From: an uncultured bacterium
GTDB lineage: Bacteria > Verrucomicrobiota > Verrucomicrobiia > Limisphaerales > UBA8199
Reading direction: 5' to 3'
Length of the DNA stretch: 64,000 nucleotides
Assembly: GCA_963749495.1 (NCBI GenBank)
Contig: CAVVMW010000006.1
Span: 736,001-800,000, forward strand
Shown here: positions 39,474-49,050 of the stretch, one piece after another
Numbering within the stretch: the first letter of the stretch is position 1
How the letters are laid out: each line of letters begins with the position of its first letter
Program-made: the position numbers and the translations under genes
Notes under the pieces: model-generated
What the model was told of the DNA's origin: nothing
Seen by the model: the letters and a program-made list of their open reading frames with translations, nothing else
Databases searched by the model: none

Positions 39474-40373
39474 TTGTTAGGGTGCGTGGCTGTGGACCAG
39501 GATTTAGTGATTAGGCGCCGGGTTATTCGGCAAGCCGACCTGCTGCTCATCCAACAGTTGATTGAGCAGGAGGGATCCCAGGGACGCAGCCATATTTCCA
39601 ATCGCCTCTGCGAGATTTGGAACTGGCGACAAGCCAGTGGGCGCTTTCGTCAGATTGCCTGTCGCAACCTGCTCCGTCGGCTGGAAGCGCGCGGGCTGAT
39701 CGAGTTGCCTCCCAAACTCCGTGAGGCTCGACGAGCAGGTTATCGCAATCGAACCTCGACACCCGATCTCCTGGATTGCAGGCCGTTGACGGGCAGGCTG
39801 CGAGAGTTCCAAAACCAGATTGGCATTCAGTTAGTCCAGGAATCCAACCAGTTGGCCCTCTACCGTGGACTGGTCGGAACGTATCACTACCTGGGCTATC
39901 AACAGGCCACTGGAGCGCAACTCAGATATATTGCTTACTTCCAGGACCGGCCGATTGCCTGCCTGAGCTTTGGTCCGGCCGCCTGGAAGATCGGGGCCCG
40001 CGATCAGTTCATTGGTTGGTCGGCGCAAGCCCGGCAGCAAAACCTTCGGTGGGTGGTCAACAATGACCGCTTCGTGATTCTTCCCTGGGTTCAAATCAAG
40101 TGCCTGGCTTCGCATCTATTGGGCCGGACCGTGCGCCAGCTTCCGGGCGATTGGTCAAGGGTTTACGGTCATGATCTGGCTCTGGTCGAAACGTTTGTGG
40201 AAAAGCGGCGCTTTGCCGGGACAGCCTACGCGGCGGCCAGTTGGATTTGCGTGGGGCAAACCCTGGGACGAGGCCGCAATGATCGGACTCACGACCAGGC
40301 CGCCCCCATCAAAACGATCTGGCTGCGCCCGTTGCGAGAGGATTTCCGGTCCTTCCTCTGCCAGGAACAATAG
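39474..40373 (+). CDS. DUF4338 (DruA-like) domain protein inside IS66
   Basis: YHYLGY....G.QLRY, AAWK...RDQFIGW, VVNN.RF.ILPW, LASHLL, ETFVE..RF.GT.Y.AA.W...G.T.GRG. Confidence 0.88.
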   Translation: MLGCVAVDQDLVIRRRVIRQADLLLIQQLIEQEGSQGRSHISNRLCEIWNWRQASGRFRQIACRNLLRRLEARGLIELPPKLREARRAGYRNRTSTPDLLDCRPLTGRLREFQNQIGIQLVQESNQLALYRGLVGTYHYLGYQQATGAQLRYIAYFQDRPIACLSFGPAAWKIGARDQFIGWSAQARQQNLRWVVNNDRFVILPWVQIKCLASHLLGRTVRQLPGDWSRVYGHDLALVETFVEKRRFAGTAYAAASWICVGQTLGRGRNDRTHDQAAPIKTIWLRPLREDFRSFLCQEQ

Positions 40374-40375
40374 CC

Positions 40376-41830
40376 ATGGGCTGGTTCATCGGAAAAAAAC
40401 GACTGCGCCAGTTGGAGGAGGAAAATGCCCAACTCCGCCAGGACAAGGCGCGCCTGGAGTCGCGGGTGGCCCAACTCCAAGCCGAAAACGCCCGGCTCAT
40501 GAATCAACTGGCCGCCGCCCGCAAGCATTCGGGGAACTCCTCCAAACCGCCCTCCAGCAACATCGTCAAACCCAATGGGCAGCGGCGCCAGAAAAAGTCC
40601 AAGCAACGCATCGGCGGGCAAAAGGGACATCCCCAACACCAGCGGCCCGCCTTTGCTCCCGATCAAGTCGATCAGCGGATCCCCTTCCGCCTCAAACAAT
40701 GTCCGGTCGATCCCTCCCACCGGATTAGCCCGGCGGAAGGGCCGGAGCACCAACGCACGATCCAACAGGTCGAGTTGGTGGAAAAACCGTTCCGAGTGGT
40801 CGAGTATACGGCTTACAGCATTTGGTGTCAGGACTGCGGCTGCTATCACCAGGCCCCTTTGCCCGGGCCCATCGTCCAGGCCGGACTGTTCGGCCCCCGC
40901 TTGACCGCCCTGGTCACTTATCTCAAGGGCCGGCTGCACGGTTCTTACAGTGGGATCCGGGATTTTCTGGGCGAGGTGGTCGGCGTGTCGGTCTCGCGGG
41001 GCTATCTGGCCAAACTCTGCCACAAGGCCACTCAGGCCTTCGCCGCACCCTACGGCCAGCTACTGGCCTTGTTACCGCGGCAGAGCCACCTCAACTGCGA
41101 TGAAACCGGACACAAAGACAACGGACACCGGTTCTGGACCTGGTGCTTCCGCGCGAGCCAGTTTGTCGTCTTCAAAATCGAGGCCTCGCGCGGCGCTGAG
41201 GTTCTCGAGCGCCTGCTGGGCCAAGAGTTCCAGGGCATTCTGGGCTGCGACTATTATGCCGCCTACCGCAAATACGCCCGCCAATGCTCGGTCCTGGTCC
41301 AGTTCTGTATGGCGCACTTGATCCGGGACGTCAAATTCCTGTGCGAATTCCCCGAGCCCGGCGTCCAACGCTATGGCAAAGGGTTGTTGGCGGGCCTCAA
41401 GGCCCTGTTCTGGACGCTGCACCGCAGGGACCAACTGAGTGCCCGCGCCTTCGAGTCGGAGCTGGCCGCCGCCCACGACCAAATCTGGCGCGCCGCCCTG
41501 TCGGGTTCGGGCGGCCCCTTTCACCGGTTGATATGGAACATGGCCGAGCGATTTTACCGCCATGGTGAAGCCTACTTTCAATTCATCACCACCCCGGGCA
41601 TCGAACCCACCAACAATGTGTCGGAACAGGCCATGCGCTTTGTGGTGATGGATCGGCACATGACCCAAGGCACCCGTAGCGCCCGAGGGCGGCAGTTTTG
41701 TGAGCGACTCTGGACCGTGCTGGCTACCTGCTCGCTACAGCATCGCTCCCCCTTTGATTGGATTTGTCAGGCCCTGAGCGCTTGGTTCAAAGGACAGCCG
41801 GTTCCTTCCCTATTAGCCGATTCCTCCTGA
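40376..41830 (+). CDS. IS66 family transposase
   Basis: NSSKPPSS, GGQKGH, CxxC, DETG, CDYY.AY, QFC.AHLIRD, PTNN..EQAMR. Confidence 0.95.
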   Translation: MGWFIGKKRLRQLEEENAQLRQDKARLESRVAQLQAENARLMNQLAAARKHSGNSSKPPSSNIVKPNGQRRQKKSKQRIGGQKGHPQHQRPAFAPDQVDQRIPFRLKQCPVDPSHRISPAEGPEHQRTIQQVELVEKPFRVVEYTAYSIWCQDCGCYHQAPLPGPIVQAGLFGPRLTALVTYLKGRLHGSYSGIRDFLGEVVGVSVSRGYLAKLCHKATQAFAAPYGQLLALLPRQSHLNCDETGHKDNGHRFWTWCFRASQFVVFKIEASRGAEVLERLLGQEFQGILGCDYYAAYRKYARQCSVLVQFCMAHLIRDVKFLCEFPEPGVQRYGKGLLAGLKALFWTLHRRDQLSARAFESELAAAHDQIWRAALSGSGGPFHRLIWNMAERFYRHGEAYFQFITTPGIEPTNNVSEQAMRFVVMDRHMTQGTRSARGRQFCERLWTVLATCSLQHRSPFDWICQALSAWFKGQPVPSLLADSS

Positions 41831-42623
41831 CTGACGACTTGAGGTGTGAACGGTTACGACAAATGTCAAGGGTGTCAACCACGTCTACCTCTACAAGCGC
41901 TAAGCGTTTTTTCAAAAGATCAATGCGTAAGCGTAATACGTGGCAGGGGGGCAGAGGTTGCGAGCGTTGACATGGATGCCAAGCTGGATGAGCAAAAGGC
42001 TGTTTCCCTGGTTGCCGAGGAGGCGAACGGCAATCTCAGGTACGACGAGACTGGTTGCCCAATGCTCCCCGACAGCCTGAGAGCGACTCAAGCCCCGGTA
42101 CAGCCAAGCCCTTTGCCGGTTCTGGACTTCCGTACGCACCTGGAAAGGGTGATGCACTCGCTGAATCCCCTTAGATACCCACCCGTCGAGCAACCCATTT
42201 CGTGGATGGCCTCCCGCTATTCCGGCGGTATCGATCTAATGACTCATGATTTTCGAGGGAGAGGCGGATCTCACTCAGGTTCGGCCATAATGCCATCCCT
42301 TGTGGGTGGGGGCCCCTTACCTCACACTGCCTCTCCCTCGACAATCAACCCAACGTCCGCATGAAAGCACTCGATGATCCCCCGATTCAGCACATCGACT
42401 CAAGCACAGTTCGAGGTGACACGGTATGGACGATAAACCCACCGCCGGTGACCATTCCTGACGTTCCTGATGGGCCTGAACGAATAGGCGACGATGGGGC
42501 TGATGCATTACCCCATCCGCCGCCGATGTCCTCTGTGGTTTGAGATCCCCTCTGGCTTTGAGGTTGTCCCCACACTTCGTGTCTGGACGGCCTCGGAGCC
42601 TTGGGTGGATGGACCAACGGAGG

Positions 42624-42946
42624 CAGGGTGGAGTGGTGGAGCAGTTTCCCAACATCAAACGTATAAGAATCGATCACCTCGTTGGCAGCCGGGACCTCAA
42701 AGAGCCAAGAGTTTGTTGATTTTCTCTCAGGGTGGGGTGGTGGAGCATTTCCTGAAGTTAAACATATAAAAGACAAAGAACATCACCTGGTATCCCCCCA
42801 GCCCCAGCAAATGTGCGGTTTATATACGATCAATCTTGGAAAAGTGCTCCACCACTCCACCCTCTTGCCTGCCGTGATCGTCGTCAGCAACATCACGCTG
42901 CTTTTACACGTTTGATGTTGGAAAAGTGCTCCACCACTCCACCCTG
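42624..42946. repeat. Four 19-bp iteron-like repeats (two forward, two reverse) around an AT-rich centre
   Basis: AGGGTGG(A/G)GTGGTGGAGCA at 42625 and 42729; reverse complement at 42845 and 42927; the outer pair extends to 39 bp with 2 mismatches. Confidence 0.85.
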
Positions 42947-43489
42947 ACGGCCCCTCTTGATCGCCGCCAAGCATCCCAACCCAACTACGGCGCTCAATCG
43001 TGCTCGCCTTGAAGCGTGGGAAGGCAGCTCGACAACCCTGGAGACGCGCCTGGTCAACCCGCCCAGCAAAATCATCCACGAGGCAAGAAAGCTCCTCACC
43101 TGGCAAAACTCGTGTGGTACTTACCTGGGCCGTCTTGAGGACTCAGAAAATGAGCATATTGCCGGTAGAGCGACCAGCCACAGACGCAACGGCCAAACAG
43201 TCTGGACGACTCAACCACCGAGATGCCCTGACCAGGTAATCAAACCTGCCAATGCTGAGCCAGAGCAGGATCTGCCACGTCCACCGGCCTGATCGGTGAG
43301 TTGAGGCGTCCATATTCAAGGGGGGTTCAGGGTTTTCCCTCGACCGCCCCCTTTCATATCCGGGTGCCAGGCCAAAACCGCGACAAAACGCGCAAGAGTT
43401 CCCCAAAACGCCGCGCTTGAAATCAGTCTAAGCAAGCTACAGAAGGTAATCCTGGAGCAGGGGTGATTACTGAACATCGGAGTTTCCGC

Positions 43490-44046
43490 TCAGGCCCTCG
43501 ACGTGCCTGAAGGGTTGGAACGTCCCTCGAAAAACCGTCGCTGCTCCTCCAGAGTTGCCGCCCAAGCGAAATTGTCTGGTAGTTCTGTAACGTAATTCAG
43601 GCGCGTCTCAAGCAGAGCTATATGAATGATACACAGTGAATTAAACACCGCGTCGTTTGTTCTATCGCCGACAGCTTCGACGTATTCGAGTAGCTTGCCA
43701 ATACCGCTCATCCCGTAAGTATGTTCCTTGAAATCGCGAAAACTCGCCTTATCCCCACCTTCATCAAAAGAATAGGGTTTCACCGTGTGGGCGCAGTCGT
43801 TTCGGAGTTTCCGCAAGATGTCATAGCAGCACGCTGCCTCAGCGGAAATCAAACCTATTCGGTGAGCCATTTCGATTCGCGAAGCAAAGCTGCCCAGCGG
43901 CCCCATGCTCCCGAACAGTTTATCCTCCTTATTCCGAGGGCGTTTCAGACACTTTTTCAAAAGACCGCAAAGAAGTTCATCTACGTGGGCACCCAAGATT
44001 ATGATTCTTCCCCGCTGCGATTCAGTCTTCAGGGCTTCAAAAAACG
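43490..44046 (-). pseudogene. MltR/HEPN-like protein interrupted by ISL3 (5' part at 45734-45785)
   Basis: ES.RG.II...A.VD..L..LL, LF...GPLGSF..RI.MA...GLI, RKLRNDCAH; the frame rejoins across the TSD (MTSPK...VHTFFEALK). Confidence 0.8.
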
Positions 44047-45725
44047 GGTCCCCCGCACAATTTGTGGGTGAAACATCTGGACACGTGTTCAGTTCGGAGG
44101 GTTGACGTTGGTGAGTTGGGCGGTCGTGGAACATCCCGCGGCACGCTCCGCGACGAATCGAGCGGCCTAACGGCCGGAGAAGGACTTCAAGCAATTCCGG
44201 CGCGGCCAGGGTATGGCTCCGGGCGGGGCTGTCAAGGTATTGCTCGCCACGTGCCCTCGTGCCCTGCTGCGCTCCACCTTGACAGCCCCGCCCTCCGCCA
44301 TGATGCGCCGCTAAGGAATTGCTGGTGAAGGTGTGCTTGGCTCGGAGGGCTGCCCAGCGCCACAAAGCGATAGCTGATCTGCCTGGCTTGCGGTAGCCTG
44401 CGAGATGTGAAAAGCACGCCCGCCACCGAGCGGCAGACCAGCTATGCAATTGAAGGTTAAGACGGTTCTCAACGACATTCAACACTTTGTGGGCTTCGTT
44501 TACCAGGACATCCGCTTGTGCCGGGACCGCCGAGGCCGTGGCCAGCGGCTCGAGATCACCCTCCAACCCCATGGCGGCATTCCCGCCAAGTGCTCCCGGT
44601 GCCTGCAGCCAGTCCCCGGCTATGATCAGTTGCCCCAGCGGTCCTGGCTGTTTCCGCCGATGTGGGGCGTCAAGACCTATTTCCTCTACCCCCCGCGGCG
44701 GGTCAATTGTCCGCAGGACGGGGTGGTCGTCGAGCATATCCCCTGGAGCCAGGGCAAGCGGCCGGTGACGACGGCGATGATGGGCCTCTTGGCCCGGTGG
44801 GCCCGGCGGCTGTCCTGGAAGGAAACCGCCCAGGCCTTCCACACCAGTTGGGAGGCCGTCTACCGTTCGGTGCAGTGGTTCGTCCAATGGGGTTTGGAGC
44901 ACCGGCGCCTGGAGGGTGTGGAGGCCATCGGAGTGGACGAGATCCATTGGGGCAAGGGCCAGAAGGCCGACAACTTCCTGACGGTGATTTACCAGATTGA
45001 CCCCCACTGTCGGCGCTTGCTGTGGCTGGGTCGGCGGCGCACTCAAGCCACGTTGCGGCGGGGCTTGGCAGAATTGGGAGCCCCGGTGGTCAGCGCTCTG
45101 AAGTATGTGTGCAGCGACATGTGGAAGCCCTACCTGAAGGTGATCGCGGCCAAGATACCGCAGGCGCTCAACGTGCTGGACCGCTTTCATATCGTGGGGC
45201 ACCTCAACGAGGCGGTGGACGAGGTGCGCCGGGGCGAGCAGTCGCGCTTGCACGGCCGGCCCCTGGCTCAGCGGCTCAAGGGCATGCGCTGGCAGTTGTT
45301 GCGCCGGGGCAGCCGGGTGCGGGGCCGTGCCCGCTCCAAGCTCAACGCCCTGTTGGCCAGCAAGCTGGCGACGGCACGGGCCTGGAACCTCAAGGAGAGC
45401 TTCGACTACCTTTGGCACTACCGTTCTCCGATCTATGTGGTGGCCTATCTGGGTTATTGGTGCGCTCGAGCCATGCGCAGCCGGCTCGAACCAATGAAGA
45501 AGGTGGCCCGGATGCTGCGCGCCCATGAGCCGTTGATCTTGAATTGGTTCGAGGCCAAAGGTGAGCTCTCCAGCGCCGCCGTCGAGGGCCTGAACAACAA
45601 GATTCGAGTGGTAACCAGACGATCTTACGGCTTCCGCACCTATCCAGCCATGGAATTGGCCCTGTATCATTGCCTTGGCCGCTTACCTGAGCCTCGACTT
45701 ACCCATACATTCTGCTGACCAGTCC
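44047..45725 (+). mobile_element. ISL3-family element, 1679 bp, 8-bp TSD AAAAAACG
   Basis: Imperfect GG...TGTGGGT-type TIRs; TSD at 44039-44046 and 45726-45733. Confidence 0.92.
44444..45718 (+). CDS. ISL3 family transposase
   Basis: IGVDE, CSDMWKPY, LDRFH, VEGLNNKIR...RRSYGFR. Confidence 0.96.
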   Translation: MQLKVKTVLNDIQHFVGFVYQDIRLCRDRRGRGQRLEITLQPHGGIPAKCSRCLQPVPGYDQLPQRSWLFPPMWGVKTYFLYPPRRVNCPQDGVVVEHIPWSQGKRPVTTAMMGLLARWARRLSWKETAQAFHTSWEAVYRSVQWFVQWGLEHRRLEGVEAIGVDEIHWGKGQKADNFLTVIYQIDPHCRRLLWLGRRRTQATLRRGLAELGAPVVSALKYVCSDMWKPYLKVIAAKIPQALNVLDRFHIVGHLNEAVDEVRRGEQSRLHGRPLAQRLKGMRWQLLRRGSRVRGRARSKLNALLASKLATARAWNLKESFDYLWHYRSPIYVVAYLGYWCARAMRSRLEPMKKVARMLRAHEPLILNWFEAKGELSSAAVEGLNNKIRVVTRRSYGFRTYPAMELALYHCLGRLPEPRLTHTFC

Positions 45726-45855
45726 AAAAAACGTATGCACCCGCTTCTCCGCCTCTTGCTGGCTGGTACTCTTTGGGGATGTCATTTCTTCTGGGGGTTC
45801 ATTAGTTTTTCGTGGCACGTAAGGTCAGGCCGTTTGCCTCACACGAGGACGGACC

Positions 45856-46368
45856 TCACGCTGCGCCTTCATCAGGGTCGAGGTTCAAGCGAATAGTGCC
45901 CCCACGACCGTCAGGGGTCATCCGAACGGTAAATCCCTGATTCCGATACCAATCAGGCAGATGAGGGGTATCTTGGAGGTTCTGAGGATGCAACATTCCC
46001 GTGATTTGTCTAAACCTTCCGCTGAGGCGGGCTTGGTCGATAATGAGCCGAAGAAATGCGGCTCCAGCACCACGCCCTCGGTAGTTTTGTGCGGCGGGCT
46101 GCGATGCGGCAGGCTGCGGTGCGGCGGGCTGCGGTGCGGCGGGAGGGGCAGCGATGCCGTAGATTTCGATATTCCCAAGGTACAAGTTCTCCCCGTGGAA
46201 TTCACAATTCGCCTCCCCAATCTCCCGTTCTTCGAGCAGGAGTCGCAAATCCCAACCGTCATCCAAGCGCATAAAGCGCACCGAGTAGGTTGTTCCCGCG
46301 TTGTCCTGTATCGTGTGCCGCTCTTCCGTAAAGCCTGCCAATTCTTCGTCTCCCATAGTGTCGTCCAA
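45856..46368 (-). CDS. GNAT acetyltransferase with an internal 15-bp (AAPQP) tandem repeat
   Basis: NYRGRGAG acetyl-CoA motif, WYRNQGF; repeat at 46091-46143. Confidence 0.7.
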   Translation of the reverse strand: MDDTMGDEELAGFTEERHTIQDNAGTTYSVRFMRLDDGWDLRLLLEEREIGEANCEFHGENLYLGNIEIYGIAAPPAAPQPAAPQPAASQPAAQNYRGRGAGAAFLRLIIDQARLSGRFRQITGMLHPQNLQDTPHLPDWYRNQGFTVRMTPDGRGGTIRLNLDPDEGAA

Positions 46369-46370
46369 GG

Positions 46371-46550
46371 TTAAAGGTCAATATGCGCCAAAAAAATCAG
46401 AAAGCCCCGTGAAATCAAGCGTTTTCGTGGGTTGGGTGAATTGTTGACAACCATCACGATGACAGTGTCCCCGTACCCGGCGTTCACCTCGACTTCAACC
46501 GGGTACGCCTCGATGCCGTTGACAGCGGCAGAACAGACCTTGGCCAACAT
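46371..46550 (-). pseudogene. comM: 5' fragment of comM/yifB (Mg-chelatase-like ATPase)
   Basis: MLAKVCSAAVNGIEAYPVEVEVNAGYGDTVIVMV; similarity stops just before the expected GLPD motif (~46446). Confidence 0.85.
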
Positions 46551-47204
46551 GGGGGAAGTGTTGACTGAGGCGGGACAAAAACGCAATCGGGAATTCCGCG
46601 ATCTGCAGTCAGGAAGTGTTGGCGGAGGGGCAGTGCATAGCCTTCACCGGCAGTGACGGTGTGGATTTAGCCAAAGGCGTGTCACGAAACCGGCGTCCGA
46701 CGCCCTCGCGGCCACGAAAACACGGACAGACGGCGTTGCCAGTCGCCAATTATCAAATCACCCGTGTAGCGTTAATACCCGGCGACGCGGCAGAAAAGCC
46801 AATTGGGCAAGATGTAGCGCATAACATCTGGGTGTTTGGCCTGAGCGTTAGGCACCAACTGGTCTTTCTTTGTTTTCAGGGAGGCAGGTTTGGTATGTCT
46901 TGCCGATGGAAGACCGTGTTTTTCACCCCAGACGCCCTTTGGGAAACGCCAGTCCATACCTCTCTTTTTCTCAGGGGGGCAGTGCAGCATGTTCTGTATA
47001 TCCGGAGAAGTAAAAATTATAAGGGGTAGTAAGGGAGGAGTGGATTGACTCCTTTGCCCAGCCAAACATAGGGAACTTGCCTCCCTGCCACCACCAACCC
47101 CAATTTGGTTTCCAGGGACAAGATTTGCCAAACTTGCCCCCCTGCCTCTACCAATCCTGTCACGTGGTTTCCTGGGTGGGATGTTCGCGAGTCGCCTCCC
47201 TGGG

Positions 47205-47765
47205 CTATTTCTTCCGCTTCCGGACGAACCGATCAAGTATTGGCTCACTGATTCTTGCCACCGCCAGGAGTTGCCCTGCGACATCATCAAGGACTGTGCT
47301 ATCCTTGTGCAGTTGCCAGAGCACCTCCGGCCTTGCCCAATTTGCAGCTGGCGAACGCATCTCAATCCTTGCCTCCCACCAAGAATGTGTGCGCGCCGAT
47401 GGTTGTAGCCTCCTGACCGCATCCAACAACCCCAGGCAGAAAGGTCGTCTCCCAACGAGCCTTTTGTCCCGCGCCACACCGAACACCATGTCTTCGCCAT
47501 GCTCACCAAATTGTAATTGAATGGCGTACTCGTCTTCCCAAGCAGGCTTCCGAAAATCGTAACCGGCATACGTATCAACGAAACAGTTTCCCCATCGCTC
47601 GGACTTCCATCCCTTCAACTGCTTCATCAGCCGCAAATCCAGGCGATTCAAGAAATCGGAAACGATCTCCCCTCTGGCTTCTGACCATGCTTCCCCGACT
47701 GCTGCGGCGAGCTGAAGGTTGTGTTCACTCTTCAAAATATACTTTTGGATGGGGTCATTTTTCAT
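47205..47765 (-). CDS. Hypothetical protein coupled to the PD-(D/E)XK gene
   Basis: 186 aa; start overlaps the upstream stop. Confidence 0.65.
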   Translation of the reverse strand: MKNDPIQKYILKSEHNLQLAAAVGEAWSEARGEIVSDFLNRLDLRLMKQLKGWKSERWGNCFVDTYAGYDFRKPAWEDEYAIQLQFGEHGEDMVFGVARDKRLVGRRPFCLGLLDAVRRLQPSARTHSWWEARIEMRSPAANWARPEVLWQLHKDSTVLDDVAGQLLAVARISEPILDRFVRKRKK

Positions 47766-48525
47766 CTGCTGCCTTGTCTTGGTCGTTCTCCGAAATCCGT
47801 TCCAATACCGATTCGATGTAAGCTACGAAGTCCGATATGAAATCACCAATGCGGCGCGCTTCACAACGCTCACGACATTCCTCCAGCCAAGCGCGAAGCT
47901 CATTGTGATAGCTCCAGCAGTGCAGCCTCCCGTTCAGTTGCTGCTGCCTCAGCGCCACCGGATCAAGAGATTGAGGTGATCTGCCGTCAGGGGTCAGGTA
48001 AATCAGAGTGCTTTGGACCTGGCCGCCTCGTGTGCATTTGTCGAGGTGCGCCAGGTAGTCCTTCACCTGTTCCGGTTGCTCCAGAGAATCCACCTTGTTT
48101 TCGATCGCCAGCAACGCCCCGGCCTCGACCAACACATCCATCCTCCGGCGGTATTTCAGGATGCCGTGGGTGGGAGCCTCACGCTGAACTTTGCCATTCT
48201 TCGTGAGTTTGGCATCTGAGCCTAGACCCACCTGTTTGAAGAGCAGCCGCAGAAACAGATCGCCTTGGCCGTGGTTGCCTTTGGGATCAAGCAGACACGC
48301 CAAAATATCCGACAACTTGTTCTCATCCGGCTCGATCAGGTCAAACACATTGAATCCCGTCGCGTGGCGCTTGTCCATACGGCGCTGTTTCGTCTGTGCC
48401 CGTTCCACCCGATGGCTGATGACACCGAAGAATTGCTCCACCTCGGGAAGACCCAGCGACGGGCGCCTAGGAGCCAAACACCAAATGCGTTTCTGACTGT
48501 TCCGTTCGAGATCTGATATCAGCAA
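47755..48525 (-). CDS. PD-(D/E)XK nuclease (PDDEXK_4-like)
   Basis: EN..SDILA.LLDP...HGQGDLFL, RRMDVL, AIENKV, QV.DY. Confidence 0.85.
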   Translation of the reverse strand: MLISDLERNSQKRIWCLAPRRPSLGLPEVEQFFGVISHRVERAQTKQRRMDKRHATGFNVFDLIEPDENKLSDILACLLDPKGNHGQGDLFLRLLFKQVGLGSDAKLTKNGKVQREAPTHGILKYRRRMDVLVEAGALLAIENKVDSLEQPEQVKDYLAHLDKCTRGGQVQSTLIYLTPDGRSPQSLDPVALRQQQLNGRLHCWSYHNELRAWLEECRERCEARRIGDFISDFVAYIESVLERISENDQDKAADEK

Positions 48526-48739
48526 AGAACTGTTCCAGTTCAGACCTGCTCACAGGGTAGCGCGATGAGCCACGAATTACTGGCGAAGCGACTGTAACAG
48601 TAGTGCTCACACGAGGCATTATGGCAAACGTGAGCGAGGCGTCAAGCGGCAAATGTGGCACAGATGGGACGGTTGTCTTCCAAGCTGGGGTCACCGAATT
48701 CACTCCGAAAAGAAAGTTGCATTTTCTTTCACTTTTTTC

Positions 48740-48768
48740 TTGTACTGCTCCATCATGTCTGCTAAACT
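48740..48768 (+). promoter_or_regulatory. Putative sigma70 promoter with extended -10
   Basis: TTGTAC-17 bp-TAAACT with TG at -15/-14. Confidence 0.5.
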
Positions 48769-49050
48769 AATTGTATAAATGAGTTAGGCACCCACACCCG
48801 CTGAACCACGATCCAGCAGCCCTGCCCAATGTCGAGGCAGACCAGGCCAAGCAGCATCGAGCCCAAGGTGCAGGAGCCACATCACAAGGAGTAGATTATG
48901 CTTTTATCCGTAGAACCACGAGACAACGTTGCTGGATTGATTTCTCCCATCGTGGTGTGCGGGTAGAAAACAAGGGCTCGCAGTTGGAGTGGTGCCCTTC
49001 TGCGAGCCCATCCACCAATCTCAACACCAGCACCTGAAAGAACGCACGCC

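Larger units (their letters stand above)
39391..41857 (+). mobile_element. IS66-family element, 2467 bp, 12-bp TIR GTAACCGTTCAC, 8-bp TSD GACAAATG
   Basis: TIRs at 39391-39402 and 41846-41857; TSD at 39383-39390 and 41858-41865. Confidence 0.95.
18884..43450 (+). mobile_element. tRNA-linked integrative element (satellite/IME-like); right boundary uncertain
   Basis: int, divergent regulators/xis, SSB-like genes, primases, helicase and ori-like repeats; no structural or T4SS genes recognised. Confidence 0.75.

Noticed and set aside
39474..40373. Complete Druantia system
   Set aside because: No druE or other dru genes; the gene lies inside the IS ends.
43490..45670. 726 aa minus-strand ORF
   Set aside because: Antisense shadow of the ISL3 transposase fused by chance to the interrupted MltR-like gene.
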